A stretch of DNA of 52,343 nucleotides from Acidimicrobiales bacterium (GCA_038259945.1 JBBSOH010000001.1:1-52343), one strand, 5' to 3'; counted from the first letter of the stretch, positions 27,497-37,565 are shown. The notes: generated from the letters alone by a model not told the origin. Numbers and translations are program-made.

Positions 27497-28732
27497 TCAG
27501 AGGCGTTCGATGATGATGGCCGGCGCCATGCCGCCCGCGGCGCACATGGTGACGAGGCCGATCTGCTTGTCGGTGCGTTCCAGTTCGTCGAGGATCGTGC
27601 CGATCAGGATCGCCCCGGTCGCTCCGATCGGATGCCCGAGAGCGATCGCCGCACCGTTCACGTTGACCTTGCTGCGATCGGGGTCCAGGTCGCGCTGGAA
27701 CTTCTCGGACACGACGGCGAACGCCTCGTTGATCTCGAACAGGTCGATGTCGTCGAGCGTCATCCCGGCACGTTCCAGCACCTTGCGGGTGGCAGGCACG
27801 GGTGCGTTGAGCATCAACGTCGGGGAGTCGCCCATGTTGGCCATCGCGATGATGCGGGCACGCGGCGTCATCCCTTCACGCTGGGCGTACTCGGAATTGG
27901 CGATGAGGATGGCGGCGGCGCCATCGACCACTCCCGACGAGTTGCCCGCATGGTGCATGTGCTGGATCTTCAGTCCGTCGAACTCCTTCTCGATCTGCTG
28001 GTTCAGTGTCGGCCCGCCTTCGTAGGCCGGGTACTCACCGAACTTGGTGAACGACGGAGCCAGCCCGGCCAGGCCTTCGAGCGTGGTCTGCGGGCGCGGG
28101 TACTCCTCGCGGTCGAGCAGCACGTTGCCGTCGTCGTCCTTCACGTCGATCAGCGATTTGTCGAAGCGGCCCTCCTCGATGGCCACGGCAGCGCGACGCT
28201 GCGACTCGACCGAGAGTTCGTCGAGCGCCTCACGTGAGATGCCTTCGAGCGTGGCGATCGCATCGGCGCACACGCCCTGGTGGCTCTGGGGGTGCAGCGA
28301 GTCGAGGTGCAGGTTCCCGCGGTGCATGCCGCCTGCAGGGTTGTGGCTGTCCTCGCGCGACCGCGACATCATCTCGGTGCCACCCGCCACGACCATGTCC
28401 TCCATGCCGGACGCGACCATGCCGGCTGCGAGGTTCGCCGTGGTGATGCCCGATCCGCAGAAGCGGTCGATCGTGGTGCCGCTGGCCTTCACGCTCCAGC
28501 CGGCATCGAGCAATGCCATGCGGCCGAGGTCGCCGCCCTGGTTGCCGGACTGCATCGACGTGCCCCAGATGACGTCGTCGACCCTCGACGTGTCGAGGTC
28601 GTTGCGTTCCGCGAGTGCTCTCAGCACCGAGGCGCCGAGCCGCTGCGGGTGCATGTCTGCGAGCGCACCCTTGCCTTGCTTGCCGATGCCGCGAGGGGTG
28701 CGGCAGGCGTCGATGATCCAGGCTTCTGACAT
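27497..28732 (-). CDS. Acetyl-CoA C-acyltransferase (thiolase)
   Basis: RTPRG, DRFCGSG, NEAF, GHPIGATG, MCAAGG. Start set at MSEAW. Confidence 0.95.
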   Translation of the reverse strand: MSEAWIIDACRTPRGIGKQGKGALADMHPQRLGASVLRALAERNDLDTSRVDDVIWGTSMQSGNQGGDLGRMALLDAGWSVKASGTTIDRFCGSGITTANLAAGMVASGMEDMVVAGGTEMMSRSREDSHNPAGGMHRGNLHLDSLHPQSHQGVCADAIATLEGISREALDELSVESQRRAAVAIEEGRFDKSLIDVKDDDGNVLLDREEYPRPQTTLEGLAGLAPSFTKFGEYPAYEGGPTLNQQIEKEFDGLKIQHMHHAGNSSGVVDGAAAILIANSEYAQREGMTPRARIIAMANMGDSPTLMLNAPVPATRKVLERAGMTLDDIDLFEINEAFAVVSEKFQRDLDPDRSKVNVNGAAIALGHPIGATGAILIGTILDELERTDKQIGLVTMCAAGGMAPAIIIERL

Positions 28733-28840
28733 GTGAGTCTCCATTCGGTCGGTCCGAGTCGACACCGAGTGTTGCCCGCGCGAGGCCGGGTGGACGATTC
28801 GGTGGGTGGGCGCCCGCCGGTGGCCCCGGCGAACGACGAA

Positions 28841-29242
28841 TCAGGCGTTCTGGTCGGCGTGGATCGCGGCGCGGACGCGATCGGCGATCTCCTCGGCGCT
28901 GGCGCCGGGGGTGAGCACGGTGGTGATGCCGAACCCGGCGAGCGCTTCGAGGTCGTGGTCGGGGACGATGCCGCCGAGGATCACCGGGATGTCGATGCCG
29001 CGCTTGCGGACCTCCTCGACGACCATCGGAGCGAGGGTCATGTGCGCCCCCGACAGCATCGACAGGCCGATCGCGTCGACATCCTCGTCGACGGCTGCTG
29101 TCGCCACCGTTTCGGGTGTCTGGAAGAGACCGGTGTAGACCACTTCGAAGCCGGCATCGCGAAGGATGCGCGCCACGACCTTGATGCCGCGATCGTGTCC
29201 GTCGAGGCCGACCTTCGCGACGAGGATGCGTTCGCCCGCCAT
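28841..29242 (-). CDS. Acyl-CoA mutase small subunit (cobalamin-binding domain)
   Basis: [11 protein letters not shown] base-off/His-on motif, [14 protein letters not shown]. Confidence 0.93.
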   Translation of the reverse strand: MAGERILVAKVGLDGHDRGIKVVARILRDAGFEVVYTGLFQTPETVATAAVDEDVDAIGLSMLSGAHMTLAPMVVEEVRKRGIDIPVILGGIVPDHDLEALAGFGITTVLTPGASAEEIADRVRAAIHADQNA

Positions 29243-29271
29243 CAGCGCCCCCACTCCGCCGCGTCGAGGGC

Positions 29272-29308
29272 GATGTCGAAGTTGGGGTCAGACCCGAACC
29301 GCGACATC
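29272..29308. repeat. REP-like hairpin (GGGGTCAGACCC core) between the mutase subunits
   Basis: GATGTCG-AA-GTTGGGGTC-A-GACCCGAAC-CG-CGACATC. Confidence 0.6.
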
Positions 29309-29370
29309 AGATGACCATCCGCACTGATCGTCATCAGATGACCATCCGCACTGATCGTCATCAGATGACC
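29305..29370. repeat. 27-bp tandem repeat (about 2.4 copies) duplicating the 3' end of the mutase gene
   Basis: CATCAGATGACCATCCGCACTGATCGT twice, followed by CATCAGATGACC. Confidence 0.9.
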
Positions 29371-30995
29371 GGGACTTCGACGTGGCGACCGAACTCGGAT
29401 TCCATGGTGCCCATGATCTCACCGATGGTGGCGTAGACCTTCACCGCATCGATCAGCGCCGGCATCAGGTTGATCTCCGGATCCTGCGCCTCGCTGCTCA
29501 CCCGGGCGAGTGCAGCGTCGACCGCCGACTGATCGCGGTCCTGGCGTACCTGGTCGAGCCGTTTGCGCTGCTTGGTCTCGTCCTCGCCGGAGATCCGCAG
29601 CAGTTCCATCTGGTCCTCGTCGTTGCCGTCCTTGAAGGCGTTGACGCCGACCCGGATGTGGTCGCCGGCGTTGAGGCGTCGCTCCAATTCGTAGGCGGAG
29701 TCGGCGAGGCGACCCTGGAACCAGTTCTCCTCGATCCCCTGGATCGCGCCTTCCAGCATCGACCCGTCACCGAGTTCGTCGAGGTAGGCGAACATCTCCT
29801 CGGCGCGCCGCTCCATCTCGTCGGTGAGCGCCTCCACGTAGTGCGAGCCGCCGAGCGGGTCGGCCACGTGGGTCACGTTCGTCTCGTGGGCGATGACCTG
29901 CTGGGTACGGAGTGCGATGCGCGCCGACTTCTCCGTGGGCAGCGCCATGGCCTCGTCCATCGAGTTGGTGTGCAGCGACTGGGTTCCGCCGAGCACGCCG
30001 GCGAGTGCTTCGATGGCGGTGCGCACGATGTTCACCTCGGGCTGCTGCGCAGTGAGCGACACGCCGGCGGTCTGCGTGTGGAACTTCAGCTGCATCGACT
30101 TCTCGTTCGTTGCGCCGTAGCGCTCCTTCATCCAGCGCGCCCAGATGCGGCGCGCCGCCCGGTACTTGGCGATCTCCTCGAAGAAGTCGATGTGGGCGTT
30201 GAAGAAGAAGCTGAGCCGAGGTGCGAACGTGTCGATCGGGAGCCCGGCCTCGAGCGCCAACTCGACGTAGGCGAAACCGTTCGCGAGCGTGAACGCGAGT
30301 TCCTCGGCGGCCGTGGACCCGGCTTCGCGGATGTGGTAGCCGGAGATGGAGATCGAGTTCCAGCGTGGCATCTCCGCAGCGGTGAAGTCGATCGTGTCGC
30401 GCACGAGTCGCATCGACTGGCGTGGCGGGAACACGTACTCCTTCTGCGCCTGGTACTCCTTCAGGATGTCGTTCTGCAGCGTGCCGCCGAGCTGCGCTCG
30501 GGGCGTGCCGGCCTGCTCGGCCTGAGCGATGAACATCGCGAAGATCACGGCGGCGGGCGAATTGATGGTCATCGACGTGGTGATCTCGCCGAGGTCGATC
30601 CCGGCGTACAGGTCCTCCATGTCGGCGAGCGTGTCGATGGCCACGCCGCAGCGCCCGACCTCACCCAACGACATCGCGTTGTCGGAGTCGATGCCCAACA
30701 GCGTCGGCATGTCGAACGCGGTCGACAGTCCGGTGCCGCCCGACTTGATGATCTCCTTGAAGCGCCAGTTGGTGTCCTCAGCCGTGCCGAACCCGGCGAA
30801 CATGCGCATCGTCCACAACTTCGAGCGGTACATCGACGCGTACGGTCCACGCGTGTAGGGGTACTGGCCGGGGAACTCGCCGTCGTCGGGGCCGTACACC
30901 GGGTCGACCTCGATGCCGGACATCGTGGCGTACGGCTGGTCGTCGCGGATCCGTGATGCGTCGAACGCCTCTTGCCATTGCTCGCGATTGGTCAT
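29361..30995 (-). CDS. B12-dependent acyl-CoA mutase large subunit (isobutyryl-CoA mutase-like residues)
   Basis: [62 protein letters not shown]. Confidence 0.93.
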   Translation of the reverse strand: MTNREQWQEAFDASRIRDDQPYATMSGIEVDPVYGPDDGEFPGQYPYTRGPYASMYRSKLWTMRMFAGFGTAEDTNWRFKEIIKSGGTGLSTAFDMPTLLGIDSDNAMSLGEVGRCGVAIDTLADMEDLYAGIDLGEITTSMTINSPAAVIFAMFIAQAEQAGTPRAQLGGTLQNDILKEYQAQKEYVFPPRQSMRLVRDTIDFTAAEMPRWNSISISGYHIREAGSTAAEELAFTLANGFAYVELALEAGLPIDTFAPRLSFFFNAHIDFFEEIAKYRAARRIWARWMKERYGATNEKSMQLKFHTQTAGVSLTAQQPEVNIVRTAIEALAGVLGGTQSLHTNSMDEAMALPTEKSARIALRTQQVIAHETNVTHVADPLGGSHYVEALTDEMERRAEEMFAYLDELGDGSMLEGAIQGIEENWFQGRLADSAYELERRLNAGDHIRVGVNAFKDGNDEDQMELLRISGEDETKQRKRLDQVRQDRDQSAVDAALARVSSEAQDPEINLMPALIDAVKVYATIGEIMGTMESEFGRHVEVPVI

Positions 30996-31077
30996 GCAAC
31001 GAAACTACCCCGGTGGTCAATTCCCCAGCGAAGCCATCTACTCTTGAGCGCGGGGCTGGAACAGGAAGGGACGTCAC

Positions 31078-32277
31078 ATGAGTCGAGAACAGTTGGTCCG
31101 GATCGCCAAACGGAACCTGGCTCACACTGCCGCAGGCACTCAGGACCAGGCCGATGGTGTGGTCCAGGTCCCCGTCACGAACTACTTCGACGACGATCGC
31201 TGGCGCCAGGAGATGGAAAAGGTGTTCGGCCGACTCCCCGTGGTGGTCGCTGCGTCGTGTGAACTCGCCGAGCCGAACTCCTACATCGCCGGTGAGGTCG
31301 CGGGCACTCCGTTCCTCGTCACTCGCGGGGACGACGGGGAACTCCGTGGGTTCTACAACATGTGCAGCCACCGGGGCGCCATCGTCACCGAGCCGGGCAC
31401 GGGGTCGGCACGGCGCCACACGTGCCCGTACCACGCATGGTCCTACGACAGCCGCGGCCGTCTCGTCGGTGTGATGGATGCCGACGACTTCGGCGACATC
31501 GATCGCGACTGCCTCGGGCTCACCCCGCTGACTGTTGCCGAACGAGCCGGGCTGGTGTGGCTGTACCGCACCTCGAATCCGCTCGTGGACATCGACACGT
31601 TCCTGTGCGGATACGACGAGATGCTGGCTCACCACCGCTTCGACCAGTGCCACGTGGCCGGGCGCCAGACCATCGCCGGCCCCAACTGGAAGGTCGCATA
31701 CGACGGCTACCTCGACTTCTACCACCTGCCGATCCTGCACAAGGACACGTTCGGCCCCGAGATGTCCACCAAGGCGAACTACGACGCGTGGGGACCGCAC
31801 CAGCGGGTCACGTCCCCCGGACGCGGCTGGGAACGGATCGTCGACGTCGACGAATCCGAGTGGGACGACCGCCATCTGATCGGTGGAGTGTGGACGATCT
31901 TCCCGCACGTCTCGATCGCCGCGTTCGACGACGGTCGGATGTACATGGTGTCGATGCTCTACCCGGGCGACGACCCCGGCTCGTCGTTCACCACGCAGAT
32001 GTTCCTCCACTCGGGCCCGGTGCCCGTGGAAGCGGACGACATCGCGACCGAGGCCGACTACGTGAAGAAGCGGATGGACTTCAACCACCACGTCGTGCAG
32101 GACGAGGACTACTTCACCGGCCTGCGGATCCAGCGTGCGCTCCGCTCGGGGGGCAAGCAGTTCAACCTGTTCGGCCGGAACGAGGGAGGCGGTCAACGCT
32201 TCCACGGGTTCCTCGACACGCTGCTCGACACCCCCGACGACGAACTCTCATCTCTGTTCAAGTCCTTGCACGACTGA
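31078..32277 (+). CDS. Rieske non-heme iron oxygenase alpha subunit
   Basis: NMCSHRG...CPYHAWSY Rieske motif. NWK...DFYHLPILH mononuclear iron site. VQDED C-terminal Asp ligand region. Confidence 0.92.
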   Translation: MSREQLVRIAKRNLAHTAAGTQDQADGVVQVPVTNYFDDDRWRQEMEKVFGRLPVVVAASCELAEPNSYIAGEVAGTPFLVTRGDDGELRGFYNMCSHRGAIVTEPGTGSARRHTCPYHAWSYDSRGRLVGVMDADDFGDIDRDCLGLTPLTVAERAGLVWLYRTSNPLVDIDTFLCGYDEMLAHHRFDQCHVAGRQTIAGPNWKVAYDGYLDFYHLPILHKDTFGPEMSTKANYDAWGPHQRVTSPGRGWERIVDVDESEWDDRHLIGGVWTIFPHVSIAAFDDGRMYMVSMLYPGDDPGSSFTTQMFLHSGPVPVEADDIATEADYVKKRMDFNHHVVQDEDYFTGLRIQRALRSGGKQFNLFGRNEGGGQRFHGFLDTLLDTPDDELSSLFKSLHD

Positions 32278-33478
32278 CCTCGCCGAGCGGGCCGAGCCGC
32301 CGGCCTCGGACCGCCTCGAGCACGGCGGCACGTCCGTCACCGGTCTGCGCCTGGATGACGTAGAACGATGCTTCGCGAGCGAGGCGCTGGGCGGGGTGAG
32401 ACAGGTCCATGCCCGCGCCGCCGACTGCAGCGAGCACCGCCGTCGTGGAGCGCTGCCCGAGATCGAGGCACGCCGCTCGGTGACGGCTCGCCGCAGCGAT
32501 GACCTCGTCGTCGATCGTCGGGTCCCCGTCGTCGCTCGGAGCGGCGAGGCGGGCCGTCATGTCGTCGTCGACCTGCCACCGATGCTCGAGTTCGTCGGCC
32601 AGTCGCTCGGCGGCCGAGTTCGCCGGGTCGTCCGGGGTGCGAGCCGCGTCACGGAGCAGGCGGATCGCGCGTTCTGCCACGCCGAGGATCGCGGGGGACC
32701 CGACCGAGGCGCTCCGGCGATCACCCGTCCGCCATTCGTCGACGTCGTGGACATCGATCACGTCGGCATCGGCCACGACCGCTCCGTCGAACTCGATCGC
32801 CACGGTGCCCGTTGACGAGAACACCGGCAGCGCGAGATCGGACGCCGTCACCCCCGGCCCACCGTCGCCGGGGAGCATCGACCACACCATGTGACCGTCG
32901 TCGGTCGTCGCAGCCACAGCAAAACGGTCCGCGATGCCCCACGACGTGGCCCACGGAGCGGTCCCCTCGAGCCGCCAGGCGCCTGCGAGGCGGGTGGCAC
33001 GCACGGCGGTCGATCCGGTCCGGCGGACGTGAGCGAACGCCGTGCCTGCGATGATCGAACCGTCGATCAGCGCCGGCAGGGTCTCGGCGCGGAGTTCGGC
33101 GTCGGGCGACGAAGCGACGGTGCGCACCACCCCGTGATGCTGGACCCACACGAAGAAGGTGGCGCCGCATCCACCGGCGATCGCGGCCATCGTCCTTCGA
33201 GACGCCCCGACCGACAGGCCGGCGAGTGAGAACAGACCGGCGTGGCGGAGTGCGTCGAAGTGTGAGCCGGGAATCGACGAACGGTCGACGACCTGCGCCT
33301 GTGGGAAGAGGACGTCGTCGGCGAGGCGCTGCGCTCGGCCGACCATCTCGAGATCGTCGGCCCGGGAGCGCTCCTCGGTCACGTCGGTGCCGATCTGCTC
33401 TCGCTCGTTCGCGTTCTCGGCGTTGACGTGCTCGGAGATCATGTCCTCCACCCTGGCCGAGTCGATGCCGGATGCCAA
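32258..33478 (-). CDS. Acyl-CoA dehydrogenase family flavoprotein (start uncertain)
   Basis: IAGGCGATFFVWVQH, WRLEGTAPWATSWG, AVGGAGM..HPAQRLAREA. Confidence 0.8.
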   Translation of the reverse strand: MASGIDSARVEDMISEHVNAENANEREQIGTDVTEERSRADDLEMVGRAQRLADDVLFPQAQVVDRSSIPGSHFDALRHAGLFSLAGLSVGASRRTMAAIAGGCGATFFVWVQHHGVVRTVASSPDAELRAETLPALIDGSIIAGTAFAHVRRTGSTAVRATRLAGAWRLEGTAPWATSWGIADRFAVAATTDDGHMVWSMLPGDGGPGVTASDLALPVFSSTGTVAIEFDGAVVADADVIDVHDVDEWRTGDRRSASVGSPAILGVAERAIRLLRDAARTPDDPANSAAERLADELEHRWQVDDDMTARLAAPSDDGDPTIDDEVIAAASRHRAACLDLGQRSTTAVLAAVGGAGMDLSHPAQRLAREASFYVIQAQTGDGRAAVLEAVRGRRLGPLGEVSRART

Positions 33479-33579
33479 CGGGGTCGTGCCGCTTCGTTCG
33501 ACCGCAACGATCCTCGTTACCTTCGGCGCAGCGAACCGACGGGGTTCGTCGAGGCACAGACACTCAGGGACGGACGCAC

Positions 33580-34389
33580 ATGACCGACACGGACAGCGAG
33601 AGGGCGACCGAGCCAGCGTCGCTGCTGGACAGATTCGCTCTCACCGACGGGGTCGCGGTCGTCACCGGTGCGGGGCGAGGTATCGGCGAGGGAATCGCGA
33701 TCGGGCTCGCCGAGGCGGGTTGCGACGTGGTGTTGACCGCTCGGCGCGAAGCCGAGATCGAGGCGGTTGCCGATCGGGTTCGTGCGCTCGGCCGACGTGC
33801 GCTCGCGATCCCCGGAGACATCACCGACGGCGAGTTCGTCGAGGAGTTGGCACGACGGGCGAAGGACGAGATGGGCAAGGTCACGCTGTGGGTCAGCAAC
33901 GCCGGTGGCGCCGACGACCGCACGCCGCGCCACCTCGCGGACATGCCCGACCGGCAGTGGGACTACCAACTCGACCTGAACCTCCGGGCAGTGTTCACCT
34001 GCTCGCGTGCGGCGGCAGGCGTGCTCGAGGACGGTGGTTCGATCATCAACATCTCGTCGGGTGCAGCGCTCAAGCCGTCGCCCAACAACGGGCCGTACGC
34101 CGTTGCCAAAGCGGGGGTGGACAGCCTGACCCGCACGATGTCCACGGAGTTGGCGCCGCGCGGCATCCGCGTGAACGGCGTCGCTCCCGGGCCTGTGCCC
34201 ACCGAGGTGTTCATGGAGTTCTTCGGCGCCTCGGAGGAGGACCTGCCAGGACTCGGCAAGAAGCTCGGCATTCCACTCGGTCGCCTCGGAACGCCGGAGG
34301 ACGTGGCGAATGCCGTCGTGTTCCTCGCATCGCCCGCCGCGTCCTGGGTGACGGGTCAGACCCTGCTCGTCAACGGCGGGACTCGCTGA
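33580..34389 (+). CDS. SDR family oxidoreductase
   Basis: TGAGRGIG, SNAGG, YAVAK, IRVNGVAPG. Confidence 0.92.
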   Translation: MTDTDSERATEPASLLDRFALTDGVAVVTGAGRGIGEGIAIGLAEAGCDVVLTARREAEIEAVADRVRALGRRALAIPGDITDGEFVEELARRAKDEMGKVTLWVSNAGGADDRTPRHLADMPDRQWDYQLDLNLRAVFTCSRAAAGVLEDGGSIINISSGAALKPSPNNGPYAVAKAGVDSLTRTMSTELAPRGIRVNGVAPGPVPTEVFMEFFGASEEDLPGLGKKLGIPLGRLGTPEDVANAVVFLASPAASWVTGQTLLVNGGTR

Positions 34390-34404
34390 GTCGAGCGACC
34401 GGCC

Positions 34405-34827
34405 ATGTCACCCGATGAGATCGACGCGTTCCTCGCCGAACCGCGTGACGCGGTGTTGAGCGTGACGTTGGCGTCGGGGCGGGCGATGGGTACTCCGGTG
34501 TGGTTCCGCTGGGTCGACGGCGTCGCCCGGTTCCAGAGCCCGATCACGTCGGCCAAGACCGCAGCGATCCGTCGCACCGGTCGGGCGAGTCTGTGCGTCC
34601 ACGACCAGCCGTTGCCAGTGGCGCGCTACGTCACCCTCGAAGGCTCCGTGCGTGAAGTCGCGTTCGATCTCGATGCCGACATCGGCGCTGCAGCCGTTCA
34701 CTATCTCGGTGACGGAGCAGGCGTGTTCCTCGGCGGGATCGAACGTGCGCTCGCCGCCGGTCGGCGCTGGGCGAGTTTCGAGCTGACACCGGAATCGGTG
34801 AGCGCCAAGGTCCAACAGCTCGGCTGA
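34405..34827 (+). CDS. Pyridoxamine 5'-phosphate oxidase-like (PPOX, split-barrel flavin/F420-binding) protein
   Basis: MSPDEIDAFL, TPVWF, SAKTAAIRRTGRASLCV, YVTLEG. Confidence 0.8.
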   Translation: MSPDEIDAFLAEPRDAVLSVTLASGRAMGTPVWFRWVDGVARFQSPITSAKTAAIRRTGRASLCVHDQPLPVARYVTLEGSVREVAFDLDADIGAAAVHYLGDGAGVFLGGIERALAAGRRWASFELTPESVSAKVQQLG

Positions 34828-34867
34828 ACCTGCTGAACCTGCCTCGTCGACTCGCTGTCGGTGGTGG

Positions 34868-35752
34868 TCAATTCGCACGGACGTCGGCGTTGTAGCCGAT
34901 CGTCGTGCGGTGCAGCAGCCGCTCGTGACCTTCGTAGCCGCCCGTCGCCCGGTGCAGCACACAGCGGTTGTCCCACATCACGAGCATTTCCGGCTCCCAT
35001 CGGTGCCGGTACTGGAACTCGTCGCGGGTCTGCCAGTGATAGAGCTCGGCGAGCAACGACCGGGCCTCGTCGATGTCGCTGGCCTCGTCGTTCATCCCGT
35101 CGATGCCGATGATGTAGCCGAGCACCGAGTACAGCGTCTCCGCGCCCGTCTCGGGGTGGGTCCGCACCAGCGGATGCAACTGTGTCGCATAGGCGTCGTC
35201 GCTCGGTCGGATCTGCATCGACCGATCCGAGTCGTCCCCGTCGCCGTAGGTGCCGTCGGGGGCGTATCCGCCTCGTGCCGAATGGATCGCCACCCGACCC
35301 TCGATCCTCTCGCGCAGTGCGGCCGGCATCGCTTCGAGTGCTGCCTGCTGATTGCTGTACAGCGTGTCGCCCCCGACAGGCGGAATCGTCTTCCCGTACA
35401 GGCAGGTGCCGTCGGGCGGGAACTCCTGGAAGCTCCAGTCGGCGTGCCAGTTCTCCGCGAACAGTGATGATGTCTCGTTCGCCGTGCGGCGGATGGCGGC
35501 GATGTGGGGGTGCCCCTCGATCGATGCGAAGAAGGGGTCGTCGCCGAAGGGACCGAACCGCAGCGTGAACGCTTCGAGGTCGTCGTCGGACAGGTCCTGA
35601 TCGGGGAAGGCGAGCACCTTGTGTTCGAGCCACGCCGACCGGATCTCGATCACGGTCGCGTCGTCCAGACCCCGCCGGGCGATGTCGTGGAGATCGAGTC
35701 TGCGCACTGTCGCGCCGCACGCTTGGCCGGACGGAACGACGTCGATTCCCAT
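34868..35752 (-). CDS. TauD/TfdA family Fe(II)/2-oxoglutarate dioxygenase
   Basis: WHADWSF (HxD), GGDTLY, HPLVRTHPETG, WDNRCVLHRA. Confidence 0.93.
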   Translation of the reverse strand: MGIDVVPSGQACGATVRRLDLHDIARRGLDDATVIEIRSAWLEHKVLAFPDQDLSDDDLEAFTLRFGPFGDDPFFASIEGHPHIAAIRRTANETSSLFAENWHADWSFQEFPPDGTCLYGKTIPPVGGDTLYSNQQAALEAMPAALRERIEGRVAIHSARGGYAPDGTYGDGDDSDRSMQIRPSDDAYATQLHPLVRTHPETGAETLYSVLGYIIGIDGMNDEASDIDEARSLLAELYHWQTRDEFQYRHRWEPEMLVMWDNRCVLHRATGGYEGHERLLHRTTIGYNADVRAN

Positions 35753-35762
35753 GAGGCCGACC

Positions 35763-36188
35763 CTATGCGCCGGCCGCGGGCGCGGGCTCGGTGGACGGAC
35801 CGAGCAGGTCCCACAGGTTCCCGGCGACGTCGCGGAACACCACGACCGTCCCGTACACCTCGTGGCGCGGTTCCTCCATGAACTCCACGCCGAGTCGCCG
35901 CATCCGCTCGTACGTCGCGGCGAAGTCGTCGACGTGGAGGAACAGTCCGACCCGACCGGCGAACTGTTCGCCGATCCCCGCCACTTGACGTTCACCGTCC
36001 GCCTCGGCGAGGAGGAGTCCGGTCGTCGACGATGCTCCGGGTGGTCGCACGACGACCCACCGCTTCGGTCGGCCGTCGTTGGTGAGCGATGCGGAATCCT
36101 CGGTCAGTTCGAACCCGAGCACGTCGGTGTAGAACGCGATGGCACGGTCGTGGTCGTCGACGATCACGGTCACCAGGTCGATGTGCAT
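35763..36188 (-). CDS. VOC/glyoxalase family protein
   Basis: VDDHDRAIAFYTDVLGF, KRWVVVRPPG, YGTVVVFRDVAGNLWDL. Confidence 0.9.
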   Translation of the reverse strand: MHIDLVTVIVDDHDRAIAFYTDVLGFELTEDSASLTNDGRPKRWVVVRPPGASSTTGLLLAEADGERQVAGIGEQFAGRVGLFLHVDDFAATYERMRRLGVEFMEEPRHEVYGTVVVFRDVAGNLWDLLGPSTEPAPAAGA

Positions 36189-36367
36189 GGTGGCCACCGT
36201 AGACGGGGTCCGGGTGGCCGACTTCGGGTCGTCCGCTGGTGCCGCGCCCGTCGGCCGGCGACGGTCACCGCCATTCTTCGGATGGCGCGCCCCCCGCCGA
36301 GGTCGCCTGGTGAGATCCACCGTCGCCCGCTGCGATGCGACCCCACGCCGGACGCGAAGATGAAGCG

Positions 36368-37492
36368 ATGAGTCTCACGCACGGCACTGATCGACCCACG
36401 GAGAAGCAGCCGGACCCCGACGAGATCGTCACGGTGCTCCTCCCCGAGGACGAGTACACACACACCCCCGACGACGCCGAGAACTACAACGAATCGATGT
36501 ACCTCAACGCCTTCGACCTCGGCCTCGAGGCCGGCGGCTGGTTCCGGCTGGGCAACCGGGTCAACGAGGGGTACGCCGAGATGTCGGTGTGCATCTACCT
36601 TCCCGACGGGCGCGTGGGGTTCATGTTCGGCCGGCCGAAGATCGACACCAACGACGTCATGGACGCCGGGGGTCTGCGCATCGACGTCGTCGAGCCGTTC
36701 GAACACTTGACCGTCACCTACGACGGCAAGGTGTGCCTGCTCGACGACCCGGCGTCCATGGCCGACCCGCGCACCGCCTTCCGGGAGAACCCGATCGTCG
36801 GATGCTCGGTGCGCCTCGACTACCGCGGCGTGTCACCGATGTACGGCGGCAAGCCGCAGTACGCCGACGGTCGCGAACTGCCGGTCGAGCCCGGGAAGAG
36901 CTTCGCCAAGGCGCACTACGAACAGCACTGCGCGGTGACCGGCACGATCACGATCGACGCGCCGGCGGCCGACGATGGTGAGACAGCGGGCGAGGCGACG
37001 GTGATGGACATCGACGGCCTCGGGCTGCGTGACAAGTCGTGGGGTCCTCGCTACTGGCAGGCTCTCACCTGGTACCGCTGGCTTCCGATGGTCTTCGGTG
37101 ACGACTTCTCGATGATGCTCTCCGTCATCGATCGCGGGCCCGACGCCGACGGTGGTACGCAACCGCCGGCGACCAGCGGGATGGTGCTCGTCGGGGACGA
37201 ATACCACAAGATCCTCGATTGCCGGGTCGACGCCGACTGGAACGAGCGTGGTGAGCAGACCGCACTGCGCTGCTGGGCGAAGACCGCGGAACGCGAGTAC
37301 GAGATCACCGGTGAGGTGCTGTCGATGATCCCCCTGCGCAACCGACGGTCGACGCCCGACGGCGAGGTGCTCCACACCCGGATCACCGAAGCGATGACCC
37401 GCTACGAGTGCGACGGGCGGGTGGGCATCGGCATGAGTGAGTTCCTCGACCAGGTCGTCGACGGACGGCCGATCGGCGTGCCGCACTCATGA
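36368..37492 (+). CDS. Uncharacterised beta-rich protein (AttH/tocopherol-cyclase-like, DUF7064-like)
   Basis: NESMY, VVEPFEH, HYEQ, GLRDKSWGPR motifs. Codon usage is gene-like. Function not assignable. Confidence 0.6.
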   Translation: MSLTHGTDRPTEKQPDPDEIVTVLLPEDEYTHTPDDAENYNESMYLNAFDLGLEAGGWFRLGNRVNEGYAEMSVCIYLPDGRVGFMFGRPKIDTNDVMDAGGLRIDVVEPFEHLTVTYDGKVCLLDDPASMADPRTAFRENPIVGCSVRLDYRGVSPMYGGKPQYADGRELPVEPGKSFAKAHYEQHCAVTGTITIDAPAADDGETAGEATVMDIDGLGLRDKSWGPRYWQALTWYRWLPMVFGDDFSMMLSVIDRGPDADGGTQPPATSGMVLVGDEYHKILDCRVDADWNERGEQTALRCWAKTAEREYEITGEVLSMIPLRNRRSTPDGEVLHTRITEAMTRYECDGRVGIGMSEFLDQVVDGRPIGVPHS

Positions 37493-37529
37493 CCGCCCGA
37501 TCGGCGTCTCCGGAGGGGTCCCGTGTGAG

Positions 37530-37554
37530 GTTTGGCTCATCCGGTCGGGGGAAA
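37530..37554 (+). promoter_or_regulatory. Putative SigB/SigF-type promoter for the response regulator
   Basis: GTTT-N15-GGGAAA ending 11 nt before ATG 37566. Confidence 0.6.
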
Positions 37555-37565
37555 CGATCACCCAC

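Noticed and set aside
28841-29242. B12-binding protein as the corrinoid partner of MttB
   Set aside because: GLDGHDRG and its position directly after the mutase large subunit identify it as the mutase small subunit.
29305-29370. Possible CRISPR array (27-bp repeats)
   Set aside because: Head-to-tail copies with no unique spacers, and no cas genes.
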